A stretch of DNA of 64,000 nucleotides from Callorhinchus milii (GCF_018977255.1 NW_024704743.1:64420001-64484000); one strand, 5' to 3'; shown: positions 1 to 12,554, counted from the first letter of the stretch. Numbers and translations: made by a program. The notes: generated by a model not told the origin, from the sequence alone.

Positions 1-379
1 AGTGCAATATGTGACAGGAATGCAGTGAATGGTGTAGAACCCTAATCTCACAAAACCACGTTGCCAGGCACTGCGCCAGAAGTCACCAAGTCGTTTTTGA
101 TAAAGAATTACAGAAAAATTCCACCATGATGACACCATAGAAAATTAAATCCTAACAAAGAAAATTAAATCGCTTTAAGTGACAATCTAGTCAGGATTCA
201 GATGACACTTGTGGTCTTGAGCACTCATCTAAATCCCTTGATTTAATTATGAGCATGCCACTCCTTCTCAGCAATCCATTATTCATTGTTTCTTTTTAAT
301 TATGTACATTGTTAAATGTATGATAACATTAATCTCGTACCTGTCTGGAGATTAATAACCTGTCTCTTTGGTTCATTAG

Positions 380-457
380 GTGTTTATTAACTTTGCTCGT
401 CAGCTGGAGGAACCTCTGGATCTAACAGAAAACACAGAAACCAATCCACTTGTGTAG
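380..457 (+). CDS. ABCA13: Terminal coding exon of an ABCA-subfamily ABC transporter (ABCA13-like; ABCA12 not excluded)
   Basis: Acceptor tgtctctttggttcattAG|G at 378-379, phase 0, reads VFINFARQLEEPLDLTENTETNPLV-TAG. VF(I/V)NFA is the conserved ABCA C-terminal motif that follows QTTL(D/E)x at the last exon junction. The VFINFA variant is recalled for ABCA12/13. A short tail followed by gene-empty DNA favours ABCA13 (inference). Too short for the ORF track. Confidence 0.7.
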   Translation: MFINFARQLEEPLDLTENTETNPLV

Positions 458-1390
458 TTCAGTGAAGAATCCGAAAAGGAAGCATACAAAAAAATGACTG
501 CTTAAGATTCAAGCTCATTTGATTCTTCCTTATGTTGTGTTACAAATTAGAGAGCTCAGGTTTTGATGAGCATGAAAATACCTCAGAATTCTCCCTGATG
601 TTTTCAGAAATCTATTCGTCAATCATTTTATTAGTGTTATGTTAATATAATAATTATTGCATTTTCCATATTAGAGCATTTTCTTTATAATATAAAAATT
701 TCAATGAATTTTGCACTCATAGATTTGAGGTATGTTACTGCTTAGGGAACGGTCACCTTTTCCATTCCAGGCATCCAATGTCAACACCAAAAACTCAAGG
801 GTCAGATGGAAGAATGCTGTTGGCTGCAAAGCAAAGCTCGCTGGACTTTGGCTTCAAAATGTGCCACAACCAGTTTTCCACTCTCTGCACCAGCCACACT
901 ATGGTTCTCTCTAAATGAGATTGCCAATTTTTAAGTGATAATCAAGACTTGGATTGAGACTGACCTAACATTTAAAAAAAAGCCTAATTATCTTGTGATC
1001 TTGTATAACTTGCAGGTGTTTCTTTGACTTTTGTAAAATGAAACTAAGTGGAAGAATGTTGCTGTTTATACCTTTGAATTAATTCAATTTTTATTTTCTC
1101 TTACTAAATTTCTTTTTGATAAAATTTAGCAATCGGTTGGATGCCATGACTGGCATTTAAAGAATCTAATTCTTACAAAGATGGGAGGGAGGGAGTAGTG
1201 CATAATTCCAAATTATATTATTCCAAATAATGTAATAATCAAAAAAATTATTCCGATTACAAGACTTGTTTAATTGATGAATTGAAGAAAATTGTGTGCA
1301 TTTTGTAAAGTGTAAAGTACATCAAATTTAGACATCAAATAAGACTTTCAAAAATAAAATAAAATTTAATTTTGTTCAAGGGCATTGCCA
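458..1390 (+). other. Probable 3' UTR of the ABCA gene
   Basis: AT-rich, repeat-free stretch after the stop codon, ending at tandem AATAAA signals. The true end is unknown. Confidence 0.5.
1353..1363 (+). terminator. Candidate polyadenylation signal (two overlapping AATAAA)
   Basis: AATAAAATAAA followed by T/GT-rich sequence (ttttgtt; tttgtgttt). Confidence 0.45.
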
Positions 1391-2099
1391 AATGATTTGT
1401 GTTTACGGCTAAACTGACAAAAACAAAGTATAAATGTTATTATGCGTACCCGCATTTGTAGTTTTTGTTCTGCTTTTAAATTTGTACTGGTCACATATTA
1501 CTGGCTACCAATATTGTTCATTTTTATGTTCTTCAACACAATTGAGCCTTTCGCTGTTTTAAGTATTGCCAACAAAATACATAGTCATTACATTTTACGG
1601 TAAAGTCCTATGAAGAACTTTAAGACATCCTCCCAACGTGAAAACCGCTACATCAAAAGCAAGGATTTTTATAAAACTGAACAATGACCCCTTGGCCAGT
1701 TACATTGCAGCTGCCAATTACATTGCAGCTGACCTGACAGCATATTATACGTGAAATTCATATATTTTGTAGTAACTTGCATAAATGAGCTGAAATAGTT
1801 TATCTGAAATCACTTTTAAAATATGTAAACTATTTATAAAATAAGATCAGTCTTCAAGATCTGAATGAAATATGTTCCTCTGAAAACTATTACGGTCATT
1901 ATCCTTTTAAAACTATCCTCTGCAGTGATGTGAAAATAGATTAATTAACATTTCGCTGATGGTCCTTTTGCTGTTTCAGTTTTGTGTCAATGTTGAGCAA
2001 GATGTTGAATAAGACACAAAGAAGACTACAAATTATTGTATTCTATAAAGACAATAAACTAAAACAGATCTTATTTCACTGAGGCTTTTGAAGCTAGCT

Positions 2100-2597
2100 T
2101 TTGGCTTTTGATCCAAAACTCTGCCGCTTGTATTCGTATTTTTATCCGTACGAGACTTGGCACCTGATCACCCCAGGCAATGTCAAGCTCCACTAGCTCC
2201 TATTGCAGAATGGACTGATTTCAAGATCCTCACACTCACTTACAAATCAATTCACATCCTGGCATCTCCTTACTTCATTGACCTGCTTACTCTCCACTCC
2301 ACTATTCACCCCCTTCACTCAGTTGGCTCCAGTCTCCTGCAGGGTCCTCATCCCTTCCGATCTACACCAGCTGGTGTGGTTTGAGCCACTACATCCTGAA
2401 ACTCTGGAACTCTCTGCCCCAATTCCTCCTATACGCGGCCCTCTCCTTCCATGTCTTCAGATCACATTTGAAGACCTTCCTGTTTGATCATGCCTACAGT
2501 CATCTCACCTCCCTCCCTAACTCGGTGTCCGACACTCTTTACGTGCTCCGAGCCGCTACCTGTTCGAAGTACACTATATAAATGCAAGTTGTTTTTT
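2100..2597 (+). mobile_element. Old L2 LINE 3' fragment
   Basis: Translates DFKILTLTYKSIH, LKLWNSLP and FRSHLKTFLFD; tail ...ctatataaatgcaagttgtt. Confidence 0.85.
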
Positions 2598-4464
2598 ATT
2601 TGATTATTTATTATACGGATAGTTATTGTGAATGTCTTGGTAAAGAAACAAACGCATTCTTTACGTGAGGGACAGCTGTCTGCTTCTATTTTTGAAGAAT
2701 GATTTGTTTGTGATCTCTTTGCAATTATTTCCAATCATTTTAGTTCAATAAATTGCTCATCTATTTTTGTTACTTATTCTTTGCTCAATTATTTATTCAC
2801 AGTAATATGCACAAAACATTCTAATATTTAATGCTATCACAAATTTTCAATGTGTTATATCGAATTTCAACTTTCTTGGTAACAACCAATTTCAGCTGCA
2901 CTTGGCTTTGCTCCTGTTCTGCGTAACCCTGTTTATGTAAGTACAAACAATCAAACTCAGGGCCAACCATAAAACACCGGAAATCATTCTTCAGTCTCCA
3001 TAAAATAATTAAAAATAACAAACTTTTGCTACAGGCAACAAACAAACAGGTATTTTCTCTCTCTCTCTCCTGGCTCCTCCTGATTTTCTTCTTCTCTGGC
3101 CCAGAGAAATGCCAGTTAAGCAATTTTGAAGGTCTGCTCACCTTTGAGGCCTTTACAGTTTGTTGAGACTTCAAAGGGCTTATTCAAGTAGAACTAGGAA
3201 AGAATTTAGCTGTTTTATTTGAGTTAATAACTAGAACATCTTACATCTCAGCACATTCACTCCTGAGTGCGAGCAGTTTGGAAGACATGGTTCTGTCCAC
3301 CCAACAGTCTTTCCATTACAGTATCCAGCTGTTTCTTAATTGACTTCACTGTTCTGGCTTCTACCTTCCTGCCTGGTAACTTGATACAGCTGTTGATTAT
3401 TTCCTTAATCTTTGCTTAAATGGTCTGTCCCAACCCTTAATATGTGTTCATCGATCCTACCCCTTTGGCACATCTGAAAGTATTGGTTTGAGTGGCATTG
3501 ATCTTGCCACATCTTTAATAACAGACTGCAGTAAAGGCAACCGTTTCTATTACCGTGAACTTTAAGGGAAATACATTTCTTATACTTGTTTCTTAGTAAT
3601 CCCAGATACTAGTGTGATTAACTTAGTAGTTTATGATTAGCATTTCCATACAAAATACACAGTCATTACACTTTACAGAATACCTTGTGAAGCATTTTGA
3701 GATATTCTCTGAATGTGAAATGCACAATATCAAGTGTAAGGATTGGTATTATTAACATCTTGGGAAAACGTGCTTTACTACTGACTTTTTAATGGAAAGA
3801 TCTCCATGTAAAGTTTTGTGTGAGATACAAACTAAAGGGTGATACAAAAAGACTAATTCTTGTGGGAAGGAATATTCCTTACCTGGAATAATAAAGATCT
3901 GTATTCCAAGCAAATTCTCCCAAGTATTGGGTGATGTATAAATTAACACCAATTGCAAGCCATGGTTGTTAGCCATGGTTGTGGTGCCGTTGCTCAAAAT
4001 TCCAGCTCAAGGAACGCAGGCTAAACAAAAAAACAGTTGCAATGTGATTGGCTTTTGAGAGCATGAATTTAAAGAGAGATTGGAGTTGGGGGCATAGTAG
4101 CTGAAGGCTCAGCCACTGATAATGCTGCAGAGGGGTTGGGGAACTCTTAGCTGGCCTGAGTTAGCTGAGCAGAGGGAACAAGCAGAGGTGTGGGGTAGGA
4201 GAAGGGATTTATGGGCGAGGGTGTAAACTTTGAACCCAATCCATTGGTGACAGGAAGCCAGCAAATTAAATACTTCATATCCATCCATGCAAAATCCTGG
4301 AATGATTCAGTGTGAGGGAGTGGGGAGATTCTGCACACAATTAGCACAGAGAAAATTGGGTTGACACAAAATCTGTTCGGGAGTTACCCCAGTTGTGCTG
4401 TGTTTTGTGTTCTGAATTATTTGTAGACTTTAAACATAATCACACTATTAAGGACTGGTCAATT

Positions 4465-4610
4465 AAACAAGAACAACAACAGCAAAATTACATTTGTATA
4501 GCGCCTTTCAAGTCGAAAGGATGTCCCAAGGCACTGGATAGTCAGTGTTTTGGACCCGAGCTAGGATTCGAGATCTAGGAGGGCGGAGGGCAGGGGTGAA
4601 TTGAGACGAC
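4465..4610 (-). mobile_element. L2 3' tail fragment
   Basis: (caa)n plus tacatttgtatagcgcctttca...cccaaggcactgga, the tail seen on other L2 copies in the window. Confidence 0.75.
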
Positions 4611-4952
4611 AGGGGTGGGAGCATTTTGGGGAAGCAGCTCAAGTTGGCGGTGGCCACCAAGATGTGCACACCGAGACTAAAACCACTAATTAATGGATGA
4701 AATGAATTGAATTAAAGACCAGGAATCATTTTGCATCATATTTTGGAGTGCTACATGTGCAATTGAGACTCATTTGTAGTGGAGATTAATTCATTTATAA
4801 TGGAAATGCTTTCTTATAAAGGCACTAAATGAACTGAAACCAATGTGGTTTTTAGAACCATTGGATCTCATTAACAATATTTATGTTGTAGTTCCAGTGA
4901 CATTATAGGAGTTGTAGGTCATGCTCTATTTTTAAAAAGTACAGTAGCTACA

Positions 4953-5270
4953 GTGGAGTCCTGTAGCTCAGTGGTTAGAGCACTCGCTTTGCAAGCGAGA
5001 GACCTGAGTTCAATTCCAGGCAGAGCGAAACCTTGGGCAAGTTTCCTTACTCCACACGCCTAATAATAATCCCTCCAAAAAAAAAACAATAATAAATTGG
5101 TCATTTTCAATCTACGACTGTTTGTGGGACATTGCTGTGCGCAATTGGCTGCCGCGTTCGCCCACAAATATACAGTCAATTCACTTTACAGTGTGTTCTG
5201 TGAAGCGCTTTGGGATGTCCTCCCGACGTGAAAAGCGCTATATCAAATGCAAGGATTATTATTGTTATTA
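4953..5270 (+). mobile_element. tRNA(Ala)-derived SINE, family A short subfamily, full length, young
   Basis: Box A TAGCTCAGTGG, anticodon arm ctcgc-tTTGCAa-gcgag (TGC), box B GAGTTCAATTCC. Deu-domain-like body (gtttgtgggacattgctgtgcgcaattggctgccgcg), L2-like tail, (ATT)n end. TACAGTG flanks both ends (possible TSD). Confidence 0.9.
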
Positions 5271-6042
5271 CAGTGATAAACTGTAGTCTATAGTACCATG
5301 AACGTAAAAGGGCTGCAACACATGGCATGGATGATAACGGATGATTACATGATCACAGGAAAGGGCCCACGGAATAATACATTTTCCAGAACATTCCAGA
5401 AAGTGAAAATACAAGATGCAGAGCCGCTCTTGACACTGATTAGACAATGTTTAGATTGTTTGTTAATTGATGATTGACCATTAATAAAACACTTCTTATT
5501 TGCTCCCTTACTCAAAAGGCATCAGCCTGCTTCATGTCCTCCAATCTATCCCAACATTGGCAGCTGGGTTTTCAGCCGATTTGTCTCCTCTCCTCTGGCA
5601 CTCCATCCCAGAGCCCTCTGACTTGTTTCCTTCCACATTTCATTCAAGGTCCGCTCAAGAAATACTTCTTTGAGTGGATTTTCAGTCATCTTTCCTTTCC
5701 CCATCCTATGGGCTCCCCTCCACAGTTTTGTTGCCAAGCCAAGATTGCTTGGGATATCTTGCTGATGTAAAACATACTATATAAATGTAAAATTGTATTA
5801 TATTGACTCTTATACCTTAGTTCCTTCTCTTGATTTTTATTCCTTAACTCAAATCTGTCCTCTGTGTCTACTACAGTACTGTTGTGTATGTTTCTCAGGT
5901 CTGGACTTTTCTCTGCTGCTTTATTTCACAAGGTTAGGACTAGGCAAAAATGAGCACTTTTCCAAGAGGGTTCTCCTTTGTCTGTGCCACTCTCGTGGCT
6001 CAATAAATTCTTGGGGAGGCAAGATAGTACAAAGCTACTTTG

Positions 6043-6360
6043 TAATAATAATAATAATCCTTGCATTTGATATAGCGCTTTTCACGTCGGGAGGACGTTC
6101 CAAAGCGCTTCACAGAACACACTGTAAAGTGAATTGACTGTATATTTGTGGGCGAACGCGGCAGCCAGTTGCGCACAGCAATGTCCCACAAACAGTCATG
6201 GATTGAAAATGACCAATGTATTATTGTTTTTGGTTTGGAGGGATTATTATCAGGCGTGTGGAGTAAGGAAACTTGCCCAAGGTTTCACCCTGCCTGGAAT
6301 TGAACTCAGGTCTCTCACTTGCAAAGCGAGTGCTCTAACCACTGAGCTACAGGACTCCAC
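6043..6360 (-). mobile_element. tRNA(Ala)-derived SINE, family A short subfamily, full length, young
   Basis: Reverse complement of 4953-5270 with only scattered substitutions. Confidence 0.9.
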
Positions 6361-6704
6361 AGGACTCTACAGGACTTTCTGACCTTCCCTCTTGATACTT
6401 AAGGGAAGTTGAAGAACTTAAGAGTTGCCTTTTGCAAATCCTGTTCCTGCAGTGAGTCAAGTCACTTTTCAAACCATGAGGATGGATTTCACAATTTAGA
6501 AATCCAAGTGGGGAATGCTTATCAATATATGTCACTCTTACCTGCCCGACTCAAAAGAACCTTATCCAAAAATAGGTCGAATAGGAGTGGTGTTCCCACC
6601 AATTTGCATATGGATTTTCGGATTGGCTACTAAAGAAATCTATTAAGTCATAATACAAATATGATCTTATCAATCTTACAACACTCACCTCTGGCTGTAT
6701 CTTA

Positions 6705-7172
6705 TTATTTTTTTGGTCAGCCGGTTGTCTGACATATGCGGAAATCCATCATTAAGAGTATCCAAACCAAACTGAGAGTTCCATGCACCCCACCTATACA
6801 TGGAAATTCCCGAATGAGGCAACGGAGAGGGTATCCTAATAACCTGCATGCCAAAGCTTTAACTGATAGGGTGATCCAAGCTAAACAAGTCCTGTTGCAG
6901 AAAGTTTGTTAGATAGTCTCAAGGGCAGGTTATGTGGTTATAGCTGGTTCAATTCTAGCAGTATTTTGCCTTGGCCTTGGCTCTCACCACCCGTGGCTAA
7001 TACTCTCAGGAATTAAGTAAATGTGGTATGTCTTTCCAGGGATCCAGTGCATATTCCATTCCAGAGAAATAGGAAATTTTCCATGTGTAGGTGGTATACT
7101 TATGTGGAACTCTCAGTTTGGTTTGGTGACGGGTTTTCAGATATGTCAGACACCTGTCTGACCAAAACAATT
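6705..7172. mobile_element. Non-autonomous element with ~100-bp terminal inverted repeats (superfamily unresolved)
   Basis: Left arm ttttggtcag..tgtctgacatat..ccaaaccaaactgagagttcca..ccacctatacatggaaatt (~6711-6808) is the reverse complement of the right arm ~7075-7168. Related sequence at ~39770-40236 and ~62995-63140. Confidence 0.75.
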
Positions 7173-7939
7173 CTGGAGATGAAATTATGAATTACATTTT
7201 CAGGAAATTTCAAGCTTTGGATTACAGAGCACTATATTAATATACCATTATAGACACAGTGGATAAACAGCTTCTCTATCACAGTATGGCTTCCAAACAA
7301 ATACTTTTTCAATGATTCATGATTAATCTGCAGTGAAAGTGAATAACAGAACATTCAACCTCCGAAGCTCATGCTGAATCCTTACTGAAATAACATTAAC
7401 ATATTGGGCTTGAGCTGAAACTAATAAACTACAGGTTGTGGCTTGTGCAAATTAGAGTCTCAGTGTACAGCAATTAAACTTTTCTGACAATGTAGAATGG
7501 GTAGATTTGCATTAATATTTGGGACTTTTAATTTTTTTTATTCATATTATTGAAGAGTGCTAATTAAAGAGCAGCATTTCAATATGGTGGCAAAGAACCT
7601 TGGGGAAGTTCATACTAACTGTTCCATTTCTCGTATTAAAGTGTACATACATTTCACATGACATTGAAACCAATGATTAGAAATGTGCCTTTCTTGTGTT
7701 TGCATTTTCAATAGCAATGCCTTGAAATCAACCTCTATATTTATTGGATTCCACACTTCCATATCTCCTTTTTGGAAGATAGAATGTTTATGAGCTGACA
7801 CATAGGCTTTTTCTAGTTAAAGTCAAAACAGATTTATTGATGAGTTAGAGTGACTAAATATACAACATGGATGATACTGTCTCGGAAACCTAAAAATCTT
7901 AAAGAAATCCTACAGTTTTTGAAGCTAGGAGATGTGGAC

Positions 7940-8170
7940 AGTAAAGATTCCATGGCATGATTCGAAAAGAGAAGGGACTCCTGGCCAACAATGCCCCAGA
8001 TAATGTTGGATTTCTCTTTTCATGGTTGTTTTTGAAAGATCCCTGTGTATAAATTGGCTGTCACATCGACCTACAAATGCAGTCACTACATATTACAGGA
8101 TATCCTGTGAAGCACTTTGAGATGTCTTGACAACCGGATAACGCTGTATATCAAATGTAAGGATGTTTCT
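7940..8170 (+). mobile_element. Degraded Deu-type SINE (family B) 3' part
   Basis: aaagattccatggca..., aaattggctg..., gtgaagcactttgagatgtc...tatatcaaatgtaagg. Confidence 0.7.
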
Positions 8171-8395
8171 ATCATTATGTAATTTAGTACATGAAACATT
8201 GTAGTGCTGTGTAGTTTAACCAAAGCCCATTAACCTCAGGAGGCTATACTTTAAGTAAATCCTGTGAAGCACTTTGAGATATTCTCCTGATGTGATAGAA
8301 TCTATATCAAATGTAAGGATTATTATTATTGTAAAAAGCCACAAGTGGACTCAGTTATGTTAGAATTAACCTCTTACACATCTTATATTGTAAAT

Positions 8396-8468
8396 CAGGG
8401 ATGGCCAACTTGTGGCCCATAGGCTGGATGCAGCCTACATAACTATTTTACCAAGTTGGCCATCCCAG
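8396..8468. mobile_element. hAT-type MITE (73 bp)
   Basis: TIRs CAGGGATGGCCAACTTG / CAAGTTGGCCATCCCAG (16/17 complementary); flanks ttgtaaat / ttttcaat (6/8, degenerate 8-bp TSD). Confidence 0.7.
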
Positions 8469-9282
8469 TTTTCAATAATTCCTCTTTGATGATGATTAGA
8501 TTAGTTCTAGGCTCCTTTCCATGGGCCTACTGTAGACTGCTCATAGTATTTACCTGATTCGTTTACGCACAGATTGAGCTGATTGCTCCTGGAGAGCATG
8601 AGGATCATACTTGTCATCTAGTTACCCATCTGCACATAGTTGCCAATGCATTGCAATCCATGGAACTATTGGATGGAATAAGATATATGTCAGAAGTTGA
8701 ACAGAAGTTTGATTTCCATGTAATGCTTAAGTTCCTCTCATTAGACCAGAAACCTCAGGTACTATTTTCACACTGCAGCTGGTGTCCAATGTAACTAGCT
8801 GTTGAGTCGAATCATCACTATATTTTAATTATTCAAACACTGAAATAATCAAGTTCACAGGGACATAATGATCCATTTAAGAAACCTTTATATAGCAATG
8901 TGCATAATACAGAAAGCTGTATTTACTAATCCGGAGAACAGAATTAATGGTTACAAGAGTTTCTTCTACTTTATCCTTTCATCTTTGTCTTTGTTTCTTT
9001 TCATATTCTTTATTTGCTAGCTTCTGTTTCTTTCTCAGGTCTGAAGAGCATCAGCTACAACAGCTACATTTATACCCAATTGGTTGTTTGATTCTTCCTT
9101 CAACTCTAACCATCTAATTGACTTCACAGGTATAATTTCCTCAATTTTACTCTTTCATCCCACAAAACCAGTTAATTGAAACATTACTTATAATCCTGAT
9201 CGCATCTTGACTGCATTTTGACTTCATTTGTAAAAACACAGACTTCGATAAGGAAAGGTAGCTTTGCCCTTGATTTCCTCTA

Positions 9283-9450
9283 CAACAACAACAACAACAA
9301 GATTCCATTTATAGAGCGCCTTTCTCGTCGGGAGGACGTCCCAAGGCGCTGTACAGTAGGGTCAGGACCCGAGCAAGGGGGAAATGGTCAGGGTGAGGGG
9401 AGGGAAGGGAGGGAGCGAGGAGGGGGTAGAGAGTCGAGAGGGGAGCTGAA
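9283..9450 (-). mobile_element. Young L2 3' tail, 5'-truncated
   Basis: (CAA)n + gattccatttatagagcgcc...ggaaatggtcagggtgagggg, near-identical to the tail of the long L2. Confidence 0.9.
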
Positions 9451-11118
9451 GTTTATGAGCCAAGGCCATCCTAATACTGTCTCTTTGTTCTACCTCTCAC
9501 CTAAGACATGAGTAAGGAAAGAAAAATGTCACAAAATTATCAATACAATCCACTTAAAAGTACCAGACAGATCAAAGACATTAGACAGATAGACACCATT
9601 CATTCTCAGCAAGATTACAAAAGTTACAAAATACAACCATTAACAAAATTTCACACAAAGGTTTGAATGTTAAATCATTTCTATTATAGGCAAAATATAC
9701 AGTAATACAACTTATACTAGTACCTATTGCCTCCCTTCCCCTCTCTCCTCACTCTTGCTCAGCACCTACTCTGTCCTTGCACTCCAAGGCTTACCATACC
9801 CTATGTGAATGGTGATCCATAAATACAAATTGTTGTTGAAATGCTAATTGAAAAACAAATAGGTGGAATTAATCTCTGGGATCATTGGAATTAATAAGAA
9901 AGTTATTTCAATTTGCACCAATGCAATTGCAATGATAAACTTATGATTGATTCACTGTAAAAATAATGTAGTATAGGCTGCCAAACATGCTAAATAAATG
10001 TACCCATAAATTGGTTTTAACTATGAATCAGGGAAGATAAATCCCAGTGAATTTTCCCAGTATAATAAAAACTTCTATTCAGTGTATAGTTCATAATGCT
10101 TGCATGTTGATTCTTGTAGAGTTTGTTCTCCTGTGTTGCATGTAGAAAATGTGTTAATGTAGGTAAAGCTTTATTTTTCTCCATTTGTGTGTTTAGTGAG
10201 GTTGTCCCTGTGCAATTGGAATACATGCAATTGTAAATTATAAATAACATGGCCTCCTAAATCCAAAACTAAATTATATTTTTAAAACGGTGTTACATTA
10301 AAATTGGTAATAAGTGAACATAAATTCAGGATTGTCTTGGAATACTTAAGGGAGAGAAGAAATGTGTTCACACAGAGGAGCAGTAAAACCTGAAATGCTT
10401 TGCCACAAGTGATTATGGAAACTAAAATGATAATGATTAAAAAGGAATTGGATAAACGATTGAAAAGAATTGTTATAAAAGGGAACAGAGAAATAGCAAA
10501 GAAATTGGAATAGAGTGGATAGTTTCAAAGGAGAAGCTAACAACAGTTTAGAGTCAATAGCTTCCTCGTGTTCTATAATTTAGGATATGTTTTTTAGGGC
10601 CCAGGGACAAATTTGTAAATCAACCAAAGCCACATCAACAAATTCACCACAGTGCTTAGTGCACAGAGCAAAAAAATCCCAATCAGTAGTTTCCTATTCC
10701 CAATGACAAAAATAATCAATAATCTGTATGCATTAAAAATGTCATAATACTGTAATCATTCCTTTGATACTGCATTCAGAATGTAATTCATATTGTCATT
10801 ACAGTGGAATATAAATATTTTATGAGTTTACAGAAATATTTATATCACTTCTACAACACATTAAAGCTTGATTTTTATTCTGTGCTCGAACAGCCTGATC
10901 ACATTTACATTTAAATAAGTATAAAAATTATAGTCCTGGACTCCATGGCATAACACATGAGGTCAAACTTGGCTGGATATAATATCACTGATAGACATGG
11001 GCATTATGGACATCGAGTCTTTTCTGGACAGGAGGATTTTGCTGAAGATAGGAAACAGTTGTTCATCTACCTTTCAGTCAATCATCAGTCTACTTTTTTT
11101 TCATTGTACTGGACTCAG

Positions 11119-11605
11119 ACAACAACAACACCAACAAATTACATTTGTATAGCAGCTTTCATGTTGGGATGACATCCCAAGGTGCTGGACATTCAGGGAT
11201 TTGGACCCGACCTAGGGGTTGGGATGAGGAGGGTGGAGGACAGGGAGGGTAGGGGTAAAAGAGTGACTGAAATCGCGGTCAAAGAGAAGGGTCTTGAGAC
11301 TTACATTCAAGGAGGCAAGGGAGGGAACAAGGCAAAGGGACTGTGGGATGGAGTTCCAAAGGGTGGGGGCAGAGAAGCTGAAGGCCCGACCGCCGATGAT
11401 GGGGCGGGCCAGGCAGGGGACGTGGAGCAGGCCAGCGCCTGCTTAGCGGATGGAGCAGACAGATCGATATGAAGTTAGCAGGTCATAGAGGTATGGAGGA
11501 GCATGGCAGTGGAAAGCTTTTAAAGTGAGGATGAGGAATTTGAACTCTATCCTCTGGGGAATGGGGAGCCGGTGGAGCTGGGCAAGGATGGGGATGATAG
11601 GGTAC
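11119..11605 (-). mobile_element. L2 3' fragment (older subfamily)
   Basis: (caa)n tail; ctgtgggatggagttcca (LWNSIPQ antisense); gaggatgaggaatttgaactc. Confidence 0.85.
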
Positions 11606-12521
11606 ATACTGTAACCCAAATGAGGCCCACAAGCTTTTCAAAATGTACCTATTTGACAGCACGTTTGGTCATCTTTCCCTTCTTCACCCTCTTTGGCTCC
11701 TCCCCAACCCCAGCATGGGTACCCAGCCAGCAGAGTGAAACGTTTTGAGAAATCCTCCTGATGTGAAAGGCACTATGTAAACGTAAATTGTATTGTATTG
11801 TACTGAAACTGAAATGAAGCAGTGTTACCTCATGAAATCACAACTTTCCTTTCCTTGTTATGTCTATTACTGTTCGCCTTAGTGAGTTAATAAGGGAATA
11901 TCTGTCAATCATGGCCAATCAAGTTCCAATCTATTCCTGCATTAGTTTCACTGATACTAATTTGGAAATTGCAATATATAAAAAAATAAGAGTCTAGGCA
12001 TTGTTGACAGTTTTAAAATTACAAAGATATAAGAATAATTATAGGAAATGTGTTGGGTATTCTTTCATCTCACTCTGCTGGTTCATCAGAGAGTGAGGCA
12101 GTAACTATCAGCAACTGGAATTCACTATTTCCTGTTAGATCTAGTGCTGCATCAAAATCAGGTCAGTTGAATACATTGTGACTATCTTTCAAAGCAAACC
12201 TTTCTCTGTGCACAATGCTCTGATTGCTGTGCCTTTGTTTGCTGATCTTAACCATAGCATGGGCTAACCTACATTTTGTTCACAAGACTTGTTTCATTTT
12301 AATTCAAACTTCAATGTAATCATCTGAGAACTGAAGATTATCTTCACTTCATCGAAAACAGGCGTACTCTCCACTTAGATTGTAAACAGCACAATGTTAA
12401 ATATTGCACAATACAAAGTGCTTTGAGAAGTCCTTAACAATAACTTGCATTTGTATAACCCCATTTCTATATGCTAACACCTGTGAGTGTCGGTCCTCCT
12501 ATTGCGAAGGATACTATAATG

Positions 12522-12554
<33 letters not shown>

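Noticed and set aside
4955..5028. Apparent tRNA-Ala gene (and similar heads elsewhere)
   Set aside because: No proper acceptor stem, and it continues directly into SINE body and tail in many copies.
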